A stretch of 64,000 nucleotides of DNA from Candidatus Scatovivens sp. (GTDB taxonomy: Bacteria > Bacillota > Clostridia > TANB77 > CAG-508), in contig JAZRKN010000014.1 of the NCBI GenBank assembly GCA_045646345.1, positions 1 to 64,000 on the forward strand, written 5' to 3'. Shown one piece after another: positions 1-10,489 of the stretch. Within the stretch, counting starts at the first letter, position 1; every line of letters begins with the position of its first letter. The position numbers were made by a program, and so were the translations under genes. The notes below the pieces were generated by a model. That model saw nothing but the letters and a program-made list of their open reading frames with translations, searched no databases and was not told the DNA's origin.

Positions 1-389
1 AAGAAAAATTTTTAAAAGAATTAAAAGACAACAGAAATCAAGATATTTTAAAAGGACATACAACTATAGGAATACAAAGAGATGATATTTATTTTTTTAT
101 AAACGGAAAAAAAATAGATGTATATGGATCGCAAGGGCAACAAAGGACAAGTATTTTATCATTAAAACTTGCAGAATTAGAAATAATAAAAGATGAAATA
201 GGGGAATATCCAATACTTTTATTAGATGATTTTATGTCTGAACTAGATGAAGAAAGAAGATTAAATTTTTTAAAAAACATAGAAAATACTCAAATAATAA
301 TAACATGTACAGATGATATAAATATAGAAAATGTAGAAATAAATAAATATGAAGTAAAAGAGGGAATTGTCTACGAAAAAAATATTTAA
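1..389 (+). CDS. recF: DNA replication/repair protein RecF, 3' part (starts before the window)
   Basis: The frame from nt 3 translates to ...GIQRDDI...YGSQGQQRTSILSLKLAE...PILLLDDFMSELD...; stop TAA at 387-389; lies directly upstream of gyrB. Confidence 0.95.
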   Translation, partial: EKFLKELKDNRNQDILKGHTTIGIQRDDIYFFINGKKIDVYGSQGQQRTSILSLKLAELEIIKDEIGEYPILLLDDFMSELDEERRLNFLKNIENTQIIITCTDDINIENVEINKYEVKEGIVYEKNI

Positions 390-447
390 AATAAAAGCTT
401 GATTTTTATAAAACTTTAAATATATAATTAAAGCGAAGAAAACCTAA

Positions 448-2391
<1,944 letters not shown>

Positions 2392-2417
2392 TTTTGTATT
2401 ATTAGAATATAGAAGAG

Positions 2418-2453
2418 AAATAAAGATCATTTTTATGATCTTTATTTTTTTTT
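2418..2453 (+). terminator. Intrinsic terminator of gyrB
   Basis: Inverted repeat aaataaagatcat/atgatctttattt followed by a T-run. Confidence 0.85.
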
Positions 2454-2455
2454 GT

Positions 2456-2498
2456 AAAATGATAAAGCCATAAGGATTTTCCTTATGGCTCTTATCAT
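2456..2498 (-). terminator. Intrinsic terminator of the minus-strand ncRNA candidate
   Basis: Minus strand reads ATGATAAGAGCCATAAGG-AAAAT-CCTTATGGCTTTATCAT-TTT. Confidence 0.75.
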
Positions 2499-2499
2499 C

Positions 2500-2933
2500 T
2501 ATAAAACTTATATTAACTTTCAGCTCAAACTAATATAACTAGTAGTTTAACCTAATGTATATTACTATACAAGTAAGCTATATACTACTTATATTAATCA
2601 GTTACTAGACTATTAATCTACTCTAAATAGCTATATTCATCCGCGTGGGACTAAAAATAACCACTTTTGAATAAAAGAATAATCATAACTTCGAATATAT
2701 AATATACTTTTCAAATCCTAAATATTTTAGCCACTTAGTTTGATATATTTTCTGGTTTTAGAAAATAATTATTTATAATGCTTAGAACTATCAAGCACAC
2801 AATATATTCTTTGTGTCCAACATAAAATACTAAAGTATTAACTTCAATATTTTATATTTTTACTCGATCCTTAATTACTAGTATTTAAAATACCAATAAT
2901 AAAGCTCTAAGTTAGGCTAATATAAATTTTATA
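2500..2933 (-). ncRNA. Candidate large structured non-coding RNA (~430 nt), family not recognised
   Basis: No ORF. The 5' end (2916-2933) pairs with the 3' end (2500-2517) over 18 bp. Internal helices are numerous, and the imperfect pairs in the helices checked are G-U only on the minus strand. Flanked by a promoter and a terminator. Confidence 0.75.
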
Positions 2934-2937
2934 ATAG

Positions 2938-2966
2938 TATTATGTTCAAAAGAAAAAAATATATAC
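2938..2966 (-). promoter_or_regulatory. sigmaG-like (forespore) promoter
   Basis: Minus strand GTATA-17 nt-CATAATA matches the B. subtilis sigmaG consensus GnATA-17/18-CATnnTA and ends 5 nt upstream of the RNA's terminal helix. Confidence 0.6.
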
Positions 2967-3224
2967 AAAAAATAAAATTAGTAAAAAGTTCCATAAAAAA
3001 CATTTTTTTATAAGCCTTAATAAATCAAATAAAAATGAATTTTATTGATATAAAAATAACAAAAAAATTAATTATTGCTTACGGAATTAAAGACTTTGAA
3101 AAAATAGAAAATACATATAAAAAATAATTAATAATAAAAGAAAATTTCAAAAAATATATGACTTAGAAAAAATGGAAAATTGTATAATGTAAGTGAATAA
3201 GTATTAAGTAAAATATAATTAAAC

Positions 3225-3252
3225 AAAAAAAAGAGACCCCAACTGTGGGGCC
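3225..3252 (-). terminator. Intrinsic terminator of the 3318-4049 gene
   Basis: Minus strand GGCCCC-ACAGTT-GGGGTC followed by TCTTTTTTTT. Confidence 0.75.
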
Positions 3253-3317
3253 AGGGGATTGTGCTATTGGATTATTGCGAAATTAAAAAATCTAAAAACT
3301 TATTGTTCTAGACAAAA

Positions 3318-4049
3318 TTAATAAATAGTGTTAAAACCGCAAAGTTGCAAATCAGCCAAATCCTTAATTTCTTTAGAATTGGTTAATAAGCGAACTTTAA
3401 ATCCTTTTGAGTAAAGGTCACAACATACAGAAACAACACCGATTGAACGTTTTTTTCTGATTTCGAATGTAGGATCTTCAAAAAGGACTTCTTCTTTTAA
3501 ATTGACAAGATTAATTCTTTGAGTACTATAGATTACTGAAAGTAAATCTCTAGCCTCTTTTGAGATGTTAGATAATTTTTCGAGTTCTTTAATGCAAAAA
3601 GATGGCATATACATATCCAAACTTTCATTAAAGAATCCGCTTACACCTACGTTAAGAAGATAACCTGTTTCAACGACAAGGACTTCACTGATTTCTTCTG
3701 TCGAAATTTCGAATTCCTCGAATCCATCTTCTCTTTTTGTTTCATTATTTTCAACGATAGATTCAAAATCTTCGAAAGATTCAGCAGCTTTTTTTCTTGC
3801 TTTTTCTGTTTGGCGAAGCTTGTCTAAAAAATTGCGGTTGTAAGCATTACTACCTTCTGCATAAGAATTTTTAACAATCTCACGAATATAACCAAAAGTA
3901 TAGCCAAAATGGTCGGCAATTTCTTTTCTGGTTGCACCGTGTTTTGCCATTTGTTTGGCAATTTTAGCGATGGTAGATTCTGCATATCTTCGTGTTTTTT
4001 TATTGCACATTTCGTTTGTTACATTTGTTTCTTTTTCAGCTCTGCTCAT
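3318..4049 (-). CDS. Hypothetical protein: N-terminal HTH-like region plus degenerate PIN-like C-terminal domain
   Basis: HTH-like ATRKEIADHFGYTFGYIREIV. VLVVETGYLL...MPSFCIKELEKL...LLTNSKEI follows the PIN motif pattern. Own promoter TTGCTT-17-TATAAT. Confidence 0.6.
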   Translation of the reverse strand: MSRAEKETNVTNEMCNKKTRRYAESTIAKIAKQMAKHGATRKEIADHFGYTFGYIREIVKNSYAEGSNAYNRNFLDKLRQTEKARKKAAESFEDFESIVENNETKREDGFEEFEISTEEISEVLVVETGYLLNVGVSGFFNESLDMYMPSFCIKELEKLSNISKEARDLLSVIYSTQRINLVNLKEEVLFEDPTFEIRKKRSIGVVSVCCDLYSKGFKVRLLTNSKEIKDLADLQLCGFNTIY

Positions 4050-4259
4050 ATTATTTCGTTCCTCATACTTTCTTTTCGCTCAAATGTGCAATAATCCAAT
4101 TTTCAATTTACAATCTATTAAAAATTATAACATAAAAAATGGTAAAAAGCAACCGATTATGTAAAATAGCACTTAAAGGTATTGATATAACAACACTTTT
4201 GTGTTATAATTTTTTGGATACTTATTGTTTTTTTATACCTACGATTGGAGGAGAATGTG

Positions 4260-4499
4260 ATGAGCAGAACAAGAAGTTTATTACGGTTACTTGTTCTAAG
4301 AGTTTGGGTCTCAGAGGACTCATGGGCAGAACTCGAAAATTATTTTTGCATGAGAAAAGAGAATATTATAAAACGATTAGCTGAAATGCTAAGTGATGAT
4401 AATGACAGTTCTCGCAAAATTAATGTATTCTGCAAACAAGTAGAAAAAAATGAGAAAATAAGAAATTTAAATGCTCAACGGTTGGAAAGACCACATTAG
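4260..4499 (+). CDS. Small hypothetical protein (79 aa)
   Basis: RBS GGAGGAG before ATG 4260; promoter TTGATA-17-TATAAT (4182-4210); terminator gaaagcgc/gcgctttc plus T-run at 4499-4525. Confidence 0.6.
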   Translation: MSRTRSLLRLLVLRVWVSEDSWAELENYFCMRKENIIKRLAEMLSDDNDSSRKINVFCKQVEKNEKIRNLNAQRLERPH

Positions 4500-4658
4500 A
4501 AAGCGCTTTCAGCGCTTTCTTTTTTGTTTATTTTAAATAAAAAAAGTCACAAAAAAATCACTATTTTTTAGTGTGTTTTTTTGCTGATTTTCCTTGATTT
4601 TTTGAGTGTTTTTTTATATAATGCAAGTGGAAAATAATAAAGGAAAAGAGGAGAATAA

Positions 4659-7094
4659 ATGGAAAGGCAAGATGGAAAAATAATCGAAAGAAATATTGAG
4701 ACAGAAATGAAAACAGCCTATATTGATTATGCAATGAGCGTTATCGTTTCTCGTGCTTTACCTGATGCTAGAGATGGTTTAAAACCAGTTCATAGAAGAA
4801 TTCTTTATTCTATGCATGAAGATGGAATAACATCAGACAAACCATACAGAAAATGTGCTAATACAGTTGGTTCTGTTTTAGGAAGATATCATCCTCATGG
4901 TGATTCTTCAGTTTATGATGCAATGGTAAGACTTGCTCAAGATTTCTCAATGAGATATATGTTAATTGATGGTCATGGAAACTTTGGATCTATAGATGGT
5001 GACGGAGCAGCTGCGATGAGGTATACAGAAGCTAGAATGGCAAAAATTGCTGAACAAATGCTAGTTGATATCGAAAAAAATACTGTAAATTTCATGCCAA
5101 ACTATGACGATAGACTTCAAGAACCAACAGTTCTTCCTGCAAAAGTACCAGCATTATTAATTAATGGTTCATCTGGTATAGCAGTTGGTATGGCTACAAA
5201 TATTCCACCACATAACTTAACAGAAGTTATTAATGGTGCAATAAAAGTAATAGATAATCCAGAAGTTACAATTGAAGAACTTATGGAAGTTGTAAAAGGA
5301 CCAGATTTCCCAACAGGAGCTATGATTCTTGGAAAAGAAGGAATAAAAGAAGCTTATACAACAGGTAGAGGAAAAATAACAGTAAGAGCAGAGACAGAAA
5401 TCGAAGAAATGTCAGGAAACAAACAAAGAATTATTGTTTCATCATTACCATACCAAGTAAATAAAGCAAACTTAATAATTAAAATAGACGAACTTGTAAG
5501 AGAAAAGAAAATTGAAGGAATCTCTGAAGTAAGAGATGAATCTGATAGAAATGAAAGAGTAAGAATAGTAATTGAATTAAAAAGAGATGCAAGACCTCAA
5601 GTAATTTTAAATCAATTATTTAAACATACTCAAATGCAAGATACGTTTGGTGTAATAACACTTGCTTTAGTTGATGGAGAACCAAAAATATTAACATTAA
5701 AACAATGTTTAGAAGTGTATATAAAACACAGAAAAGAAGTTGTTTTAAGAAGAACAAAATTCGAGTTAGATAAAGCTGAAGCAAGAGCTCATATTTTAGA
5801 AGGTTTATTAATTGCTATAGATAATATTGACGAAGTAATCAAAATAATTAGAGAATCTTATGATGATGCTAAAGAAAGATTGATGGAAAGATTTAAACTT
5901 ACTGATATTCAAGCTCAAGCGATATTAGATATGCAATTAAAGAGATTATCAGGATTACAAAGAGAAAAACTAGAAGAAGAATATGCAGAATTAATGAAAT
6001 TAATTGCATACTACAAAGAAATCTTAGCTAGTGCAACTTTAGTATATGATATAATCAAAACTGAATTATTAGAAATAAAAGAAAAATTCGGAGATGAGAG
6101 ATTAACAAAAATTGCTCCTGCAGAAGGTGAATTTGAAGAAGAAGATCTTATCAAAGAAGAACAAACTGTAATAGCTTTAACTCACTTTGGATACATTAAG
6201 AGAATGCCTGTTGATACATATAAGAGCCAAAGAAGGGGAGGAAAAGGTATAACAGGAATTGCAACAAGAGAAGATGATTTTGTAAAAGAAATATTTACAG
6301 CATCTACTCATGATACAATTTTATTCTTCAGTAATAAAGGAAAAATGTATAGATTACGTGGATTTGAAATTCCAGAAGCTGGAAGAACAGCTAAAGGAAC
6401 AGCTATCGTAAACTTATTAAACTTAGAGTCTGGAGAAAAAATTTCAGCAATTATACCACTTCAAAATTTCGCAAGTGATAAATATTTATTAATGGGAACA
6501 AGAAATGGTTTAATTAAGAAAACACCACTTCCTGAATATGATTCAAATAGAAAAACAGGTTTAATGGGAATCACATTAAAAGATGATGATGAATTAATAG
6601 ATGTTAGATTAACTGATGGACAAGATAATGTTGTATTAGTTACTAGAAAAGGATTAAGTATCACATTTGATGAAAAAGACGTTAGACCAGTTGGAAGAAC
6701 AGCTCAAGGTGTAATTGGAATGAGATTAGATGACGGAGATTATGTTGTTGGTATGGAACCAATCATAGTTGGAAGCAATGCTACATTACTTACAATTACA
6801 GAAAATGGATTTGGTAAGAGAACAGAACTTGAAGAATACAGAGTTCAAAACAGAGGTGGACGTGGAGTTATAACATATAAAATCACTCCAAAAACTGGTG
6901 AAATCGTAGGAATCAAGATAGTAGATGGAACTGAAGATGTAATTTTAATTACAGATACAGGAACAATTATTAGATTAAACTCTGGAGAAATCAGTGTTCT
7001 TGGAAGATCAACACAAGGTGTTACTTTAATGAGAACAAATGAAGGAAAAGTTGTAAGCATCGAGAAAATAGTTGAAAAAGATGATGAAGTATAA
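4659..7094 (+). CDS. gyrA: DNA gyrase subunit A
   Basis: RALPDARDGLKPVHRR, HPHGDSSVY, AAMRYTEA (catalytic Tyr), GyrA-box QRRGGKG. Confidence 0.98.
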   Translation: MERQDGKIIERNIETEMKTAYIDYAMSVIVSRALPDARDGLKPVHRRILYSMHEDGITSDKPYRKCANTVGSVLGRYHPHGDSSVYDAMVRLAQDFSMRYMLIDGHGNFGSIDGDGAAAMRYTEARMAKIAEQMLVDIEKNTVNFMPNYDDRLQEPTVLPAKVPALLINGSSGIAVGMATNIPPHNLTEVINGAIKVIDNPEVTIEELMEVVKGPDFPTGAMILGKEGIKEAYTTGRGKITVRAETEIEEMSGNKQRIIVSSLPYQVNKANLIIKIDELVREKKIEGISEVRDESDRNERVRIVIELKRDARPQVILNQLFKHTQMQDTFGVITLALVDGEPKILTLKQCLEVYIKHRKEVVLRRTKFELDKAEARAHILEGLLIAIDNIDEVIKIIRESYDDAKERLMERFKLTDIQAQAILDMQLKRLSGLQREKLEEEYAELMKLIAYYKEILASATLVYDIIKTELLEIKEKFGDERLTKIAPAEGEFEEEDLIKEEQTVIALTHFGYIKRMPVDTYKSQRRGGKGITGIATREDDFVKEIFTASTHDTILFFSNKGKMYRLRGFEIPEAGRTAKGTAIVNLLNLESGEKISAIIPLQNFASDKYLLMGTRNGLIKKTPLPEYDSNRKTGLMGITLKDDDELIDVRLTDGQDNVVLVTRKGLSITFDEKDVRPVGRTAQGVIGMRLDDGDYVVGMEPIIVGSNATLLTITENGFGKRTELEEYRVQNRGGRGVITYKITPKTGEIVGIKIVDGTEDVILITDTGTIIRLNSGEISVLGRSTQGVTLMRTNEGKVVSIEKIVEKDDEV

Positions 7095-7106
7095 TTTTAA
7101 TATATT

Positions 7107-7140
7107 AAGGAGACAAACTTAAATGTTTGTCTTCTTTTTT
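7107..7140 (+). terminator. Intrinsic terminator of gyrA
   Basis: Stem aaggagacaaac/gtttgtcttctt plus T-run. Confidence 0.8.
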
Positions 7141-7182
7141 ATTTAAAAAAAATATATTTAATGATATACTAAAAAAGCAACA

Positions 7183-7220
7183 TATTAATCCACAATTTGT
7201 TAAACAATTGTGGATTAATA
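7183..7220. repeat. Perfect 15-bp inverted repeat with DnaA-box-like arms
   Basis: tattaatccacaatt-8 nt-aattgtggattaata; each arm contains TAATCCACA, one mismatch from TTATCCACA. Confidence 0.55.
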
Positions 7221-7253
7221 ACAGTTAATTTTTAATAAAAATGGGGAAGACAT

Positions 7254-7868
7254 ATGGATATTTTAACATTAAAATCTAAAGTAAAATTAGGGTGTAATTT
7301 ATGTGATAAATGTTGTATTTATAGGGGAGATATTAGATTACTTCCGATTAATGTTTGGAGAATAAGTAAATATTTAAATATATCGGTAGAAGAATTTTTG
7401 AAAAAGTATACAGATAGACCAGAGGGAAGTTTATTAGAATTAGTATTAAAAACTACAGGTGATTTAAGACAATGTATTTTATATGATGAAACAGGAAAAA
7501 AATGTGGTATTCATAAAGTAAAACCGCTTCAATGTGTAATGTTTCCTTTGGTGCCAGAAAATTTAAAAAGAGATTATTTTGTTGATTCAGGACAATGTAG
7601 GTTAGAGGACGCAAAAGAAATTACAGTAAATGAATGGGTTAATGGAAATAATAAAATATATAGTAAGAATAAAAAAATATGTATGGAATGGATTCAATTT
7701 ATAGAATGGGCTCAAACGAAAATAAATGGATTTTCAGCAGATGAAATTGATGAGTTATATAAAATCCTTTTTGCTACATATAATTTGAAAAATTTCAACC
7801 TTGTAAAGCAAATGAGAAGGAATATGTGGAAGGTTGAAAAAATAATAAAGATAAAAACGAAGAAATAA
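7254..7868 (+). CDS. YkgJ-family cysteine cluster (CxxCxxCC) protein
   Basis: CNLCDKCC...QCILYD...KCGIHKVKPLQCVMFP. Confidence 0.85.
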   Translation: MDILTLKSKVKLGCNLCDKCCIYRGDIRLLPINVWRISKYLNISVEEFLKKYTDRPEGSLLELVLKTTGDLRQCILYDETGKKCGIHKVKPLQCVMFPLVPENLKRDYFVDSGQCRLEDAKEITVNEWVNGNNKIYSKNKKICMEWIQFIEWAQTKINGFSADEIDELYKILFATYNLKNFNLVKQMRRNMWKVEKIIKIKTKK

Positions 7869-7902
7869 AAAACACACCTCTTTTTTTAAGAGGTGTGTTT
7901 TT
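7868..7902. terminator. Bidirectional intrinsic terminator
   Basis: aaaaacacacctctt/aagaggtgtgttttt between convergent genes. Confidence 0.85.
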
Positions 7903-8924
7903 TAAGCGTCTTTTTTAGCTTTTTTGAATCTCAAATCATCACCAAAGAATCTTAAGAAACGATAGTTTCCAGCTAAACGAGAGCCGATTCTTGTAGTATA
8001 TGTTTTAAATAATTCATCTACATTTAAGTTTGTAGATATTATAGTTTTTGTTATTTTGTGATTTTGATTTAAAAGTCTTGTGTTTATGATTGTAAATAAT
8101 TCTGTGATTTTGGAATCAGTTATTTTTTCTGTTCCTAAATCATCTATTATAAGTAAATCAACATTTAAAATATTTTCATATAAATCAAATCTTGCGTTTT
8201 CTCTTCCAAATTTTGCATCGTTTATTTCGTCAAACATTACAGGTGCAGTTTGATAAAGAACTGTTTTTCCAAGTTTTAACATTTCATTTGCGATACAGTT
8301 AGTTAAAAATGTTTTTCCAACACCTGTATTACCTGTAAAGATTAGATTTTTTTCTTCTGGATCATCAAAGTTTTCAATAAAATTTTTCACTTTTTCTCGA
8401 ATGATTTGCATATTTTCTTTTGGAGATAATTCAGATTTATAAAGTTCTTTATCAGCCTTATCAGAGAAGATTCTAATATTAAAGCTTGAAAAGTTTTCTC
8501 TTTCTAAATTTCCCATGTTAGATTTATTATAAGCAATATCAAATATTCTTTGTTTTAAGCAAGTACACATAGTTACTTTGCCATCTTTTTGAACATATCC
8601 AGTATCTTTACACAATTTGCATTCAAAATGTGGATTTAGATAATTGTTTTCTTTAGAAAGATTTTTTATAAAATCATTTTTTTCCTTTATTAAACTAGTA
8701 TTTTTCTTTTTTAAACTTGCAAGTAAAGATGCTTTTTCTTTCGAATCAGCTAAAAGAATAGCTTTTGAAGTTTGAAGAGAGTTTTGTGTTAATTCTTTAT
8801 CAATTTCTTGAAGTCTAGGATTAACTTGCATTAATTCTTTTTTTCTCTTTTCTGCGTCTAATATGGCTTGAGTTCTTTTATTATCATATTCTTTTAAAAC
8901 TTGCTTTAATAAAGAATTATCCAT
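7902..8924 (-). CDS. DnaC/DnaI-like helicase loader ATPase
   Basis: Zn motif CKLCKDTG...CTC, Walker A GNTGVGKT, Walker B LLIIDDLGTE, IISTNL. Confidence 0.9.
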   Translation of the reverse strand: MDNSLLKQVLKEYDNKRTQAILDAEKRKKELMQVNPRLQEIDKELTQNSLQTSKAILLADSKEKASLLASLKKKNTSLIKEKNDFIKNLSKENNYLNPHFECKLCKDTGYVQKDGKVTMCTCLKQRIFDIAYNKSNMGNLERENFSSFNIRIFSDKADKELYKSELSPKENMQIIREKVKNFIENFDDPEEKNLIFTGNTGVGKTFLTNCIANEMLKLGKTVLYQTAPVMFDEINDAKFGRENARFDLYENILNVDLLIIDDLGTEKITDSKITELFTIINTRLLNQNHKITKTIISTNLNVDELFKTYTTRIGSRLAGNYRFLRFFGDDLRFKKAKKDA

Positions 8925-8973
8925 TTAAATGTTTTCCTTGATTTAAATTTAGGTTTTTAATAGAGCCTATAAA

Positions 8974-9927
8974 CTAGTTATCATATAGAGAGTCTAGATT
9001 GTCAAAAGTACTTTGAGTGTATTCGTAAGCGACTCTTTCAATTTGCTTTGTTTTCTTTTCTTTGTCTTTCAATGATTTCAAATAAGTATTTACTTCATCT
9101 ACAGAATGTAAGTCTTTATTATGCCAATCTGTAAGAAGTGTATCTATATAATCAAAACGAACTTTATTATTTGATGAAGCTTTTTTTAGAGCTATTTCTA
9201 TAACATCCATGTTATAACCATAATTTTCAGTCCATTTTACAATATCTTCTTCTTCATAAGTTGTTAATTTTCTGTATAGGTTTAATTTTTTAGAAATCTC
9301 ATTATTAATACTTCCACGTTTTTCTTGTTTTTCAAAATATGTATCTAAATCATTAAATGTTTTTATATTATTTTTACTCCATGCATCTGCTGTTGCTTGA
9401 ACGTAATTTCTGTGTAAAGCTCTTTTATCATAAGCATAATTAAAAAGAGCAAGCATAACTTGTTCATCAAATCCATATTTATTAAACCAAAGATCAATAT
9501 CATTGTACCAAGATGGAGACATAACTCCTTGGAAGAATTGAGAATTAATATTTTCAATTGCTTTTGCACGATATTGGCTCTGAGAACTCTTAATAGCATC
9601 TTCAGGAGAAGATGTTACTTTTGGAGAGTATAATTTTGCTAATTCTATTTCTTGGATATCGGCTAGAGTATAGCCATCTGTTTTCTTAACTAAAATACCT
9701 TTGTCTTCCCAGTATTTAATTGCATCTTGCACTGTTGGGAAATCCAAGGCAAGCGTTTTTGATAAGTCATTTATTTTAATTTCTTTATTGTATTTAGACA
9801 AAAAAAGCATATAGAAATATACTTTGATAAAATTACCATTTGCTTCTGGTAAATATTCTGTAAAAAACATATCTGGTATCTCTGTACTAGAAAATAGAAG
9901 AGATTTCTCGTTTTGAGATAATTTCAT
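8974..9927 (-). CDS. DnaD domain (DnaB_2) primosomal protein
   Basis: IPDMFFTEYLPEANGNFIKVY N-terminus; two DnaD-type repeats (NYV...W, DYIDTLLTDW); upstream of the DnaC-like gene. Confidence 0.88.
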   Translation of the reverse strand: MKLSQNEKSLLFSSTEIPDMFFTEYLPEANGNFIKVYFYMLFLSKYNKEIKINDLSKTLALDFPTVQDAIKYWEDKGILVKKTDGYTLADIQEIELAKLYSPKVTSSPEDAIKSSQSQYRAKAIENINSQFFQGVMSPSWYNDIDLWFNKYGFDEQVMLALFNYAYDKRALHRNYVQATADAWSKNNIKTFNDLDTYFEKQEKRGSINNEISKKLNLYRKLTTYEEEDIVKWTENYGYNMDVIEIALKKASSNNKVRFDYIDTLLTDWHNKDLHSVDEVNTYLKSLKDKEKKTKQIERVAYEYTQSTFDNLDSLYDN

Positions 9928-10163
9928 ATCAAAAACCCCTTTTCAAACTTTTTAAATTTATCTTCTTTTGTACAGTTTGAACAGATTATATCATTTTAAA
10001 TTTGTAATTACAATAATAAATTTAAATCAATTTTTTAAAAGGATATAAACGATGTTTTACCTTATGATATTACAACATTTTTTTGTGATTATCTATACAA
10101 TTTTAAAAAATTATGATAAAATAATTTAGTCTTAAAAATAAAAGATTTAAAGGAGGACAAAAA

Positions 10164-10346
10164 ATGATAGATAAAGATATGAAAATTGGAGAATTATTAG
10201 CTCAATTTCCAGAGAAAGCTCAAGTTTTAGGAGCAGCTGGAATGGGATGTCTAGGATGCCCTGCAGCACAAGCTGAAACAATCGAAGAAGCTTGCCAAGT
10301 ACATGGAATAGATGTAGAAGAATTATTAGCAGAATTAAATAAATAA
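10164..10346 (+). CDS. DUF1858 / hybrid-cluster-associated redox disulfide domain protein
   Basis: IDKDMKIGELL...GMGCLGCPAAQAETIEEACQVHGIDVEELL; RBS AAGGAGG. Confidence 0.9.
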   Translation: MIDKDMKIGELLAQFPEKAQVLGAAGMGCLGCPAAQAETIEEACQVHGIDVEELLAELNK

Positions 10347-10489
10347 AAATAAAAGGGCAGAAGCCCTTTTATTTTTTTCTGTATTTGTCACAAATTTGAA
10401 AAAAAATAAAAAAAGTGATATAATTATAGAATAGGGACTTTGTAACTATTAACAAGCGCATATAATAATTTATAAGAGGGAACAACTTT

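Noticed and set aside
2500-2933. Identifying the structured RNA as RNase P, tmRNA, SRP, or a group I/II intron
   Set aside because: No GAGGAAAGUCC P4 motif, no tRNA-like ends, no GUGYG start or domain V, and no interrupted exon. An Rfam search is still needed.
3150-3225. Possible convergent promoter (TATAAT at 3183 followed by GAATAAG) analogous to the sRNA promoters at 22.7 and 23.3 kb
   Set aside because: The -35 spacing is poor, the region is extremely AT-rich, and no matching hairpin follows.
7902-9927. DnaD plus DnaC-like pair as a prophage replication module
   Set aside because: Host-like composition, the usual clostridial chromosomal primosome pair, and no phage genes around it.
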